33,248 nucleotides of DNA. Origin: a virus. Of this stretch, positions 7,441 through 14,078 are shown in pieces. Under the pieces are notes generated by a model. The model saw only the letters and a program-made list of their open reading frames with translations. It was not told where the DNA came from and did no database searches. The position numbers and the translations under genes are program-made. The stretch lies in the IMG/VR virus record IMGVR_UViG_3300002098_000021; one strand, given 5' to 3'. Positions within the stretch are counted from its first letter, which is position 1, and each line of letters opens with the position of its first letter.

Positions 7441-7829
7441 TTTCCAAATCCTTTAGTAAATTCTTTAAGTTTTGCTATGGCTTCTTCCCTCATCTTTGCT
7501 CCTGAAATAATCTCAACTTGAGTCTTTTGATGGGTTAATGTTGTTTCCGGCTTAACTGGAATCCTTCCTGCTTGGCTACATAGGTCTTTAAAAGCGATTG
7601 CAGAGGGTATGAACGATTTATCCATCGAGTTAAGGGCAAAGTCTAGGGTAGGCTTATAAGTGGCGTATACGCCCAGCATTTCCTTCCAAGTGTCCCTTAC
7701 TAAACCTAAATCCACTCCATCCCAATGTCTTGTAAAAGAAGCTCCATAAATAGCTCCCATCTTGCCAAAAACATAATCCATGCCGTTATCGGCAGTTGTG
7801 AAATCACTTGCTGAGTAATCCGACATCAT
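7437..7829 (-). CDS. Possible replication protein P-like helicase loader / replication accessory protein
   Basis: The track start at 7841 is TTG. I prefer the ATG at 7829, which follows GGAGGAGGAA. Position directly after the DUF1376 gene parallels the Rac ydaU-ydaV and lambda O-P arrangements. FTRHWDGVDLGLVRDTWKEML...FIPSAIAFKDLC recalls the lambda P N-terminal pattern as I remember it. Confidence 0.35.
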   Translation of the reverse strand: MMSDYSASDFTTADNGMDYVFGKMGAIYGASFTRHWDGVDLGLVRDTWKEMLGVYATYKPTLDFALNSMDKSFIPSAIAFKDLCSQAGRIPVKPETTLTHQKTQVEIISGAKMREEAIAKLKEFTKGFGK

Positions 7830-8502
7830 TTCCTCCTCCAATTAATCCTCTAGTCAATCCTTGCAAAACCTTAGTATTTCTATTTGCAGGTGTTTCTTTA
7901 TCCTTAACCCATTCAGCTTTAAAACCTCTCCAGCCTCTAGCAGCACATTCAGCTAATGCTTGTTCTAAAGACCATCCTGCTTTCTGAGCTTCTTTTGCAA
8001 TAGATTTGATAACTGTTTCTGAAACTACAGCTCTTGCTTTCTTCCTTTGAGCAACAAAATCATTCCAAACTTCAACTGATACACCTTCAGGTGCTTGTAT
8101 TGTTTTTATATGGTTCTTGGTTATTGGTTCTTGGTTCTTGGTTAGGAGCTGATTCGGTTCTGATTTCAGTTCTGATTTCAGAGCTGATAACTTCTCTGAT
8201 TTGATTCTGTTTGCGTTCCGAGCAGAGTCAGCTTTCAGACGATATTTAGCAATTTCATCATCACAACGCTTAGATACCCACAAATCTCCTTCTTTTTCAA
8301 AAAAGGTCTCTAAAATGTATTGAATGTCAGAGCTGAAATCAGACATTCCTATACGCCTAGCAATCAAAGACGGCTCGCCTTTTAAAGGACTTTCATCTAA
8401 GTAATACTGGTCAATTAGCCTTCTGTAAGCTAAATCTTCCATAAGACTCAAATTCCTTGTATGAGCTGCATAGTCCCCAATATGAAAAGGGTAAAAATTC
8501 AT
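7804..8502 (-). CDS. DUF1376 (YdaU-like) replication-associated protein; putative initiator
   Basis: MNFYPFHIGDYAAHTRNLSLMEDLAYRRLIDQYYLDESPL is the DUF1376 signature. The protein has two domains joined by a low-complexity linker encoded by tandem DNA repeats. Confidence 0.8.
   Translation of the reverse strand: MNFYPFHIGDYAAHTRNLSLMEDLAYRRLIDQYYLDESPLKGEPSLIARRIGMSDFSSDIQYILETFFEKEGDLWVSKRCDDEIAKYRLKADSARNANRIKSEKLSALKSELKSEPNQLLTKNQEPITKNHIKTIQAPEGVSVEVWNDFVAQRKKARAVVSETVIKSIAKEAQKAGWSLEQALAECAARGWRGFKAEWVKDKETPANRNTKVLQGLTRGLIGGGNDVGLLSK
8110..8204. repeat. Iteron-like tandem repeats inside the DUF1376 gene; candidate replication origin
   Basis: Five tandem heptamers of TTGGTT(C/A) occupy 8110-8144. 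They are followed by CTGAT-centred repeats at 8149, 8160, 8172, 8184 and 8196. This array includes two perfect GTTCTGATTTCA 12-mers at 8157-8180. Confidence 0.5.
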
Positions 8503-8503
8503 C

Positions 8504-8701
8504 TCAATCTTTCTTAAAAAGGTCAGGCCGGAGCATTTCTCTAGTTAAACGAAGCTCTGAAAGCTCCTCAATTTGTCGTAAATACTTAAATGGAATCTTG
8601 GTGGAATTCCATAAATAAATGGTTTGAGGCTTTAAATCTAGCTTCTCAGCAAGGTTTATAAGGCTTCCAAACTCAATCTTTAGTAAATCTGATGGGTTCA
8701 T
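8504..8701 (-). CDS. Cro/YdaS-family HTH transcriptional regulator
   Basis: LINLAEKLDLKPQTIYLWNSTKIPFKYLRQIEELSELRLTREMLRPDLF matches the YdaS/Cro pattern. I prefer the start at 8701 (MNPSDL), which has AAAGGAG 6 nt upstream. An alternative ATG lies at 8725. Confidence 0.75.
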   Translation of the reverse strand: MNPSDLLKIEFGSLINLAEKLDLKPQTIYLWNSTKIPFKYLRQIEELSELRLTREMLRPDLFKKD

Positions 8702-8801
8702 GTAATTCTCCTTTTCTGTAATCATATATCAAAACTATGGGAAAATGCGAGCATTAGGGAATTCACCTATGAAAATAATTGAAAAAAACTTGAAAAAGTG
8801 C

Positions 8802-8830
8802 TTGACGGATAGTTTTTACAGGAATAAAGT
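8802..8830 (+). promoter_or_regulatory. Sigma70-like early rightward promoter
   Basis: TTGACG (8802-8807), a 17-nt spacer, then TAAAGT (8825-8830). An A-rich UP-like tract (gaaaataattgaaaaaaacttgaaaaag) lies upstream. The site is in the only sizeable intergenic region, between divergent operons. Confidence 0.5.
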
Positions 8831-8878
8831 CTTATCTAACGCAGCAAATTTTATAAACAAGTGATGAAGGGAAAGAAA

Positions 8879-9025
8879 ATGACATTTTTAGTTAAATTAG
8901 AAAAATTCGGAGCTGAGCGCAGCCTCACAAAATCCGTATTTGCACATAGCTACTCCGATGCTTGGAGTAAAGCTTACAAACTTGCTAAAGCTGGCTGGCA
9001 AGTTGTTGATGTGGAGGAAAAATAA
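8879..9025 (+). CDS. Hypothetical early protein (48 aa)
   Basis: Hand translation gives MTFLVKLEKFGAERSLTKSVFAHSYSDAWSKAYKLAKAGWQVVDVEEK. It is the first ORF after the promoter and has a GAAGGGAAAG RBS. Below the track cutoff. Confidence 0.45.
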   Translation: MTFLVKLEKFGAERSLTKSVFAHSYSDAWSKAYKLAKAGWQVVDVEEK

Positions 9026-9105
9026 TGAAACATCAAATTATTGAATGGGCAGGAGTAATCCTTTTAGGAATTTTATTGGGCGCAATGTTCGCCTATGGAG
9101 CTTAA
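9025..9105 (+). CDS. Hypothetical 26-aa single-TM peptide
   Basis: MKHQIIEWAGVILLGILLGAMFAYGA. A GGAGG sits 7 nt upstream and there is a TAATG overlap with the previous ORF. It competes with the N-terminal extension of track ORF 9045. Confidence 0.35.
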   Translation: MKHQIIEWAGVILLGILLGAMFAYGA

Positions 9106-9107
9106 TC

Positions 9108-9401
9108 ATGGGAATGTCTAGACACGATGCTTATTACGAACCTGATGACTATGATGACCGGAGCGATGAAATTGAAGAAAGAGCTTGGGAACTCATGAAA
9201 GTTGGCGGTAAATTTGATTACCGAACATCCGGTGCTATATCAGAAGCCCTTAGTGAAATGGGCGTAGATGATTCCAAAGCTTTACAGGATGTCATTGATA
9301 CAGGCGATTATGAAAAGATTGGTCGCAAATTAATCACTATGGCTATGGAATACATGGAACATATTGCAACCGAAGTAGCAGAATTTGAAATTAACGATTA
9401 A
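9108..9401 (+). CDS. Strongly acidic early protein (97 aa)
   Basis: I moved the start to the ATG at 9108, which has GGAG 7 nt upstream. About 27 of 97 residues are D/E against about 10 K/R (YYEPDDYDDRSDEIEERAWE...). Confidence 0.55.
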   Translation: MGMSRHDAYYEPDDYDDRSDEIEERAWELMKVGGKFDYRTSGAISEALSEMGVDDSKALQDVIDTGDYEKIGRKLITMAMEYMEHIATEVAEFEIND

Positions 9402-9411
9402 GGAAAAAGTG

Positions 9412-9960
9412 ATGATTACATACAACGAAATACGCAAAATCAATGTTAATGAACATACAGACAAAAAAGGTAAATTTACCTACCTTTCATGGGCATGGGC
9501 AACTGACCAACTTTTACAATTAGACCCTATGGCTACTTGGGAATATCAATCTCCTATGCAGTTTGGTGACACTTTGATGGTTTTTTGTTCAGTTACAGCT
9601 TTTGGCAAAACCATGACTTCTCAATTACCTGTTTTAAACCATCAAAACAAAGCTATATCAAACCCTAACGCTATGGATGTAAACACAGCTATGCAACGCT
9701 GCTTAGCCAAAGCCATTGCTTTGCATGGTCTAGGTTTATATATTTACGCTGGAGAGGATGTACCTGATGAACCAACTCCTGATTTTACAGAGCTTATGAA
9801 TACATGGACAGAACGCATCCTACAAGCTAAAGATATGGAAGGCTTAAAAGCTGCCTACACAATGGCTTATGAGGATGTAAAAAAAGATAAAGCTGCTATT
9901 GCTCAAATCTCTAAAATTAAAGATATTCGCAAAGGTGAACTTATGACGGTGCAATCATGA
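9412..9960 (+). CDS. Rad52-like single-strand annealing protein (DUF1071/Sak-like)
   Basis: The track start at 9385 is TTG. I prefer the ATG at 9412, which follows AAGGA. KFTYLSWAWATDQLL and LAKAIALHGLGLYIYAGEDVP are as I recall for the DUF1071 family. The gene lies directly upstream of the YqaJ exonuclease. Confidence 0.6.
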   Translation: MITYNEIRKINVNEHTDKKGKFTYLSWAWATDQLLQLDPMATWEYQSPMQFGDTLMVFCSVTAFGKTMTSQLPVLNHQNKAISNPNAMDVNTAMQRCLAKAIALHGLGLYIYAGEDVPDEPTPDFTELMNTWTERILQAKDMEGLKAAYTMAYEDVKKDKAAIAQISKIKDIRKGELMTVQS

Positions 9961-10592
9961 CCACATTTACAACAGAAGATAGGATTGCCATAGAACAAGG
10001 AACTTCTGAATGGCATGAACTACGCAGAGGCAAAGTAACAGCTTCTAGGGTAGCTGACATATTGGCAAAGACAAAAACAGGGCCTTCAGCTAGTCGGCAA
10101 AACTATCTGATTGAGCTTGCCTTGCAAAGAACTACCAAGACCATTCAACCATCATATACCAATGATGCTATGGCTTGGGGAACAGCTACAGAGCCACAAG
10201 CTAGGGTAGCTTATGAAGTCAAAACAGGCAACTTTGTAGACCAAGTACCATTTATTGACCATCCAACGATTGAAGGATTTGGATGTTCTCCGGATGGATT
10301 AGTAGGCGATGGATTAATAGAGATTAAATGCCCTAACTCAGCAACTCATTGGGAATACTTTAAATACAATCGCCCTCCTCAAAAATATGTCATTCAAATG
10401 CAAGCTCAAATGGCTGTTACAGGAGCTAAATGGTGCGATTTTGTATCTTTTGACCCTAGGATGCCTGAACGCAGTCAGTTGTTGATTGTGAATGTTCCTA
10501 GAGATCCTGAGTTCATTCTATACATGGAAGCAGAAATCAATCAGTTTTTAAATGAAGTTCAAATTGAAGTAAATCTTATGGAGAATAAATAA
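9957..10592 (+). CDS. YqaJ-like viral recombinase exonuclease (lambda Exo fold)
   Basis: GTSEWHELRRGKVTASRVADIL, GCSPDGLVGDGLIEIKCP and YVIQMQAQMAVTGAKWCDFVSF form the YqaJ PD-(D/E)xK signature. Confidence 0.85.
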   Translation: MTTFTTEDRIAIEQGTSEWHELRRGKVTASRVADILAKTKTGPSASRQNYLIELALQRTTKTIQPSYTNDAMAWGTATEPQARVAYEVKTGNFVDQVPFIDHPTIEGFGCSPDGLVGDGLIEIKCPNSATHWEYFKYNRPPQKYVIQMQAQMAVTGAKWCDFVSFDPRMPERSQLLIVNVPRDPEFILYMEAEINQFLNEVQIEVNLMENK

Positions 10593-10843
10593 TGGCTATC
10601 ACTCATTTTGTAAAAGCAGCAGTATCAGAATACGAAGATAAAACGGATGGAAAAATGAAAAAACGCTATCAAACCATTGGCGTAATCATGGAAACAAAAC
10701 ATGGATTAATGTTAAAACTGGAAACTTTGCCTTTATTTGCTTTAAAAGAAGGTGGTTTATTGGCTTATTTGAATGTACCGGAAGATAAAGCTATACCAAC
10801 TCAGCAAGTATCTAAAGAATTTAAAGATGATTGCCCTTTTTAA
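10592..10843 (+). CDS. 83-aa protein ending in an SSB-type acidic tip (..KEFKDDCPF); possible mini-SSB or SSB-tail mimic
   Basis: It occupies the slot normally held by SSB after the annealase and exonuclease. The C-terminus DDCPF resembles the DDDIPF tip of bacterial SSB. It is much shorter than a canonical SSB. Confidence 0.4.
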   Translation: MAITHFVKAAVSEYEDKTDGKMKKRYQTIGVIMETKHGLMLKLETLPLFALKEGGLLAYLNVPEDKAIPTQQVSKEFKDDCPF

Positions 10844-10880
10844 TTTAGAATGGGTATATAATGGCACAAAGGAGTAAGCC

Positions 10881-11315
10881 ATGAAAACTTGTTTTAAATG
10901 CAATGTCCAAAAGCCATTAACGGATTTTTATAAACATCCAGCAATGGCTGATGGTCATGTAAACAAATGCAAAGAATGTAATAAAACTGATGTAACTGAA
11001 AATAGACTTAAAAAAATTGATTACTTTAGGGAATATGACAAAGAAAGAAGCAAAAATCCTGAAAGAAGAAAGGTCAATGTTGAAATTAACAAGGCTTGGA
11101 GGAACGAGGATAAACGCAGAATTCAATGTCATAACGCAGTATCAAGAGCAATAAAAAGCGGTGAATTAGTTAGAAGTCCATGTAGTAAATGCGGTGATGT
11201 AAATAGTCTTGCTCATCATGAGGATTACGACAAACCTTTAGAAGTTATATGGTTTTGCCAACCTTGTCATAAGCAAAGACACAAAGAAATTAACCAATTA
11301 TTGAAAGGCAAGTGA
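10881..11315 (+). CDS. Zinc-binding HNH-like protein
   Basis: The N-terminus has CFKC...CKEC. The C-terminus has CSKCGDVNSLAHHEDYDKPLEVIWFCQPCHKQRH, a pattern common in small phage HNH proteins. Confidence 0.55.
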   Translation: MKTCFKCNVQKPLTDFYKHPAMADGHVNKCKECNKTDVTENRLKKIDYFREYDKERSKNPERRKVNVEINKAWRNEDKRRIQCHNAVSRAIKSGELVRSPCSKCGDVNSLAHHEDYDKPLEVIWFCQPCHKQRHKEINQLLKGK

Positions 11316-11614
11316 TGAAAAACTTTATATCTTATGTAGTTGCTGGATTTTTAGGCGGTGCGCTTTACTTTTATTTAAGCCCTGAATGTAACGCTCAAAC
11401 CTATGTAATAACTAATCCTGCAGGGTATCAAACTCAAACTATTCAAGTTCAAGGAAATCAGGCCCAAGTAGTTAATAACGCTGGATATGTAACTAAAAGC
11501 ATTACAGTTTATCCAAATCAAATAGTTACTCCTACTGGTTATGCAGTTGGTACTCCTAGCTATACAGTACCAATGACTCTTCCAAGCCCACCAAGTCCAA
11601 GGGTATTGCAATGA
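11315..11614 (+). CDS. Secreted/membrane-anchored protein, beta-rich with a Pro-rich tail
   Basis: The track start at 11312 is GTG. The ATG at 11315 overlaps the upstream stop. A signal-like segment FISYVVAGFLGGALYFYLSPECNA is present, and the C-terminus is TLPSPPSPRVLQ. Confidence 0.5.
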   Translation: MKNFISYVVAGFLGGALYFYLSPECNAQTYVITNPAGYQTQTIQVQGNQAQVVNNAGYVTKSITVYPNQIVTPTGYAVGTPSYTVPMTLPSPPSPRVLQ

Positions 11615-11808
11615 GTTTTATACCCAATGAAAATGTGCAAATGTATACCATTGCAACTCCACCTGAACCAGTAGGATATTGGAAAATTGGAAATGGCTAT
11701 AGCTATATGAGTATGGCTATGTATAAACGATTTACTCCTGAACAGGTTAAAAATACTGAAGAATTGCTTGGATGGGAATGGATTGAAGGAAAGGCACAAG
11801 AGAAATGA
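11611..11808 (+). CDS. Hypothetical protein (65 aa)
   Basis: ATGA overlap with the upstream gene. No motif recognised. Confidence 0.45.
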   Translation: MSFIPNENVQMYTIATPPEPVGYWKIGNGYSYMSMAMYKRFTPEQVKNTEELLGWEWIEGKAQEK

Positions 11809-11981
11809 TACCTATAAACAAACCAAATGGAGAAATGTATGCAGAAGTTGGATTTGACAAAAATTGGTTAAAACTTACTTTAGCTAGTTTTCCAAAAGGA
11901 TATTTTATAGCTATGGATAAAAAAATATTACCCATGTTAATAGATGCGTTAGTTGAGTTAAGAAAGTCACAAGAAAAATGA
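11805..11981 (+). CDS. Hypothetical protein (58 aa)
   Basis: Hand translation gives MIPINKPNGEMYAEVGFDKNWLKLTLASFPKGYFIAMDKKILPMLIDALVELRKSQEK. ATGA overlaps at both ends fill the gap exactly. Confidence 0.4.
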   Translation: MIPINKPNGEMYAEVGFDKNWLKLTLASFPKGYFIAMDKKILPMLIDALVELRKSQEK

Positions 11982-12130
11982 ATGATTACGCATTTCCTTT
12001 AGTAATTTTACGCAGACTAAGTAGAGAATACGAAGCAGCTATGCTTAAGCATCAATGGGCATTAGCTTATCAAATCTCTACAGATATGATAGAAATGACA
12101 TTAAAACTGCAAGATTTAAGCGATGACTGA
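11978..12130 (+). CDS. Hypothetical protein (50 aa)
   Basis: Hand translation gives MNDYAFPLVILRRLSREYEAAMLKHQWALAYQISTDMIEMTLKLQDLSDD. It overlaps both neighbours. Confidence 0.4.
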   Translation: MNDYAFPLVILRRLSREYEAAMLKHQWALAYQISTDMIEMTLKLQDLSDD

Positions 12131-12578
12131 AATAGAACTTAGCGGAGCTGAAATTCAAATGGCTGCCTTTGTTGGCTGTCAAAGAGTTGTCGAAAAGATT
12201 AAAGCAAAAGAATCTTATAGCGTATCAGGCGAAAGACCTGAAAAGTTTTGGGAACGCTATATACCGGGTTCTATTGCTGAAGCAGCTCTCGCTAAATACT
12301 TAAATGTCTATTGGCATAAGGGTGAAAAAAGCGCACCTGATGTCCATGATGTAGACTGCCGTTGCACTACCTATGCTAATGGTCATTTAGAGATTCACAA
12401 GAACGACCCTGATGATAGGAAGTTTTACCTGCTTACTGGTTTTAATGGTAAATATATAGTTCGTGGCTGGATTTACGCTAAAGATGGTAAAAAAGATGAA
12501 TATTGGAGAGTCATGGGAGAAGGCCGAGAACCTCAATATTGGATTCCTCAAGACAAACTAAATAATGACGAAAAATGA
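12123..12578 (+). CDS. Hypothetical protein, possibly PD-(D/E)xK nuclease-like
   Basis: GSIAEAALAKYL...PDVHDVDCRC...YLLTG...VRGWIY resembles small restriction-endonuclease-fold phage proteins. The assignment is weak. Confidence 0.3.
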   Translation: MTEIELSGAEIQMAAFVGCQRVVEKIKAKESYSVSGERPEKFWERYIPGSIAEAALAKYLNVYWHKGEKSAPDVHDVDCRCTTYANGHLEIHKNDPDDRKFYLLTGFNGKYIVRGWIYAKDGKKDEYWRVMGEGREPQYWIPQDKLNNDEK

Positions 12579-12840
12579 AAAACAAAGATTTAGACAAATC
12601 GCAGACCTTGGCTGCATCCTCTGTTATACCCAAGGAAATCAAGGAACATTTTGTGAAATCCACCACATACGCAGGGCTGGACAGCGTAAGACAGCTCCCA
12701 CCATTGGACTCTGCCCAATTCACCATAGATTCCATCTTGGTATTCACCACCTTGGGCGTAGAGCTTGGGAATCTACTCACTCAACGACAGAAGAAGCTTT
12801 GCTTGAACTCACCAATAGGTTATTAAATGCTGGTTCTTAA
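12565..12840 (+). CDS. Ref-like (RecA-dependent) HNH nuclease
   Basis: LGCILC...CEIHHIRRAGQRKTAPTIGLCPIHHRFHLGIHHLG fits the Cys/His HNH pattern of the P1 Ref family. I chose it over the overlapping alternative-frame ORF 12575-12826. Confidence 0.55.
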   Translation: MTKNEKQRFRQIADLGCILCYTQGNQGTFCEIHHIRRAGQRKTAPTIGLCPIHHRFHLGIHHLGRRAWESTHSTTEEALLELTNRLLNAGS

Positions 12841-13180
12841 CCTTCCTTTGCCTCCCTCTATAAATCATTATTGGGGAACTCATGGTCATAGGCGTTATGT
12901 TTCTAAAGCTGGAGTTGCGTTCAAAGAAGCTGTTTCTGACTATGTAGCTGAATATCGAGTTCCTAAATTAGGAGCTGCTAGACTAGAGTTTCAGGTTACT
13001 TTATTTCCTAAAGATAGGCGTAAACAGGACATAGACAATCGAGTTAAAGCTTTATGGGATGCGCTGGCTGATGCTGGCGTTTTTGATAATGATGAGCAGA
13101 TTGATGTTTTAATCGTTCATAGAGGCGAAATCCGTAAAGGCGGTGGATGCCTCGTAATGATAAGTGAAATAGATGCTTAA
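12827..13180 (+). CDS. rusA: RusA Holliday junction resolvase
   Basis: LPLPPSINHYW...RRYVSKAGVAFKEAV...DIDNRVKALWDALADAGVFDNDEQI is the RusA signature. Confidence 0.85.
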   Translation: MLVLNLPLPPSINHYWGTHGHRRYVSKAGVAFKEAVSDYVAEYRVPKLGAARLEFQVTLFPKDRRKQDIDNRVKALWDALADAGVFDNDEQIDVLIVHRGEIRKGGGCLVMISEIDA

Positions 13181-13709
13181 TACCTTTTTTCATGTATTTA
13201 AAGAGGCAATTCCAAGGGAGTATTGCGATTTAATTATTAAACAAACTAATTGGGATAAATCTTTAGTAGCTGCAGTTAATCGCTATACAGAAGGAGAAAT
13301 AGACCCAAAATCTAGGATTACAGACATCGTATGGGAAGAATTGCTAAGTCCAGTAGGGTGCATTATTCAATCCTATATAGTCGAAGCCAACAATATATGG
13401 AATTACGACATTCGTAGAATAGAAAAAGTCCAAATGTCCAAATATATTGATGGTGGACATTACGATTGGCACATGGATTCAAAAGCACCAATCAATAATG
13501 AGCAGCGCAAGCTTTCCATCGTTATTTTGCTAAATGATAATTTTGAAGGCGGAAACCTTGAAATGGAAACAAATCTAGGTGAATCTGTATTAAAATCTAT
13601 AGGAGATATTGTTGTATTTCCTTCATTTTTGAACCATAAAGTAACTCCGGTAACAAAAGGAATAAGATATACAGCAGTTTCATGGGCTTACGGCCCTACT
13701 TTTAGATAG
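13173..13709 (+). CDS. 2OG-Fe(II) oxygenase, prolyl-4-hydroxylase-like
   Basis: The HxD triad appears in GGHYDWHMDS. The distal His and basic residue appear in FLNHKVTPVTKGIRYTAVSW (H-x9-R). EGGNLEM marks the double-stranded beta-helix core. Confidence 0.8.
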   Translation: MLNTFFHVFKEAIPREYCDLIIKQTNWDKSLVAAVNRYTEGEIDPKSRITDIVWEELLSPVGCIIQSYIVEANNIWNYDIRRIEKVQMSKYIDGGHYDWHMDSKAPINNEQRKLSIVILLNDNFEGGNLEMETNLGESVLKSIGDIVVFPSFLNHKVTPVTKGIRYTAVSWAYGPTFR

Positions 13710-13718
13710 GGAGTAAAT

Positions 13719-14078
13719 ATGAATGAAAATGTTGCTTTGTTTGTTGCTACTTTGTTCCATAGCGGTACAAATGCTCATTTCTTTCATTTATCCACTAATT
13801 CTTACTCACAGCATAAAGCTTTGGGCAATTTCTATGAAGATATTATAGAACTGGCTGATGATTATGCCGAAGCTTATATGGGCTGCTACAGTCAAATTAA
13901 GCAGTTTCCTAATAATTACCATCTTCCTAAAGAGCCAATCAGCTATATCGAATCTTTAAAAAAATTTGTAGATGATGCAAGCAAAGACTTGCCACAGGAA
14001 CAAGCTCTTATCAATATCGTGGCTGAAATCCAGCAATTAATTGATTCAACTCTATACAAGCTACGCTTTCTTAAATAA
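13719..14078 (+). CDS. Dps-like mini-ferritin (119 aa)
   Basis: H20, H32, D47 and E51 give H-x11-H-x14-D-x3-E, the same spacing as E. coli Dps ferroxidase ligands H51/H63/D78/E82. The local pattern AHFFHLSTNSYSQHKALGNFYEDIIELADDYAEAY resembles HWnVkG..F..lHe...e.Y.e....D.iAER. Confidence 0.55.
   Translation: MNENVALFVATLFHSGTNAHFFHLSTNSYSQHKALGNFYEDIIELADDYAEAYMGCYSQIKQFPNNYHLPKEPISYIESLKKFVDDASKDLPQEQALINIVAEIQQLIDSTLYKLRFLK

Noticed and set aside
8110-8204. Considered whether the tandem repeats form a CRISPR array or a simple satellite.
   Set aside because: The units are 7 and 12 bp with no spacers, which is far too short for CRISPR. They lie inside an intact ORF. The iteron/origin reading is reported instead.
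8726-8878. Looked for a tRNA or small RNA gene in the only sizeable intergenic region, and checked whether AATGC-GA-GCATT (8744-8755) is a Cro operator.
   Set aside because: No cloverleaf-compatible stems or conserved T-loop (GTTCRA) are present. A palindrome with 5-bp arms is expected many times by chance in 33 kb, so it is not evidence on its own. I also could not find a convincing -35/-10 pair for the leftward promoter.
9045-9107. N-terminal extension of track ORF 9045-9401 (MGRSNPFRNFIGRNVRLWSLI...).
   Set aside because: No RBS precedes position 9045. The ATG at 9108 has GGAG 7 nt upstream. The extension overlaps a better-supported upstream mini-ORF that has its own GGAGG.
12575-12826. 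An 83-aa alternative-frame ORF overlaps the Ref-like gene.
   Set aside because: The competing frame (12565-12840) has a clear Cys/His HNH pattern and ATG overlaps with both neighbours. The alternative frame has no motif and would break the coupling.
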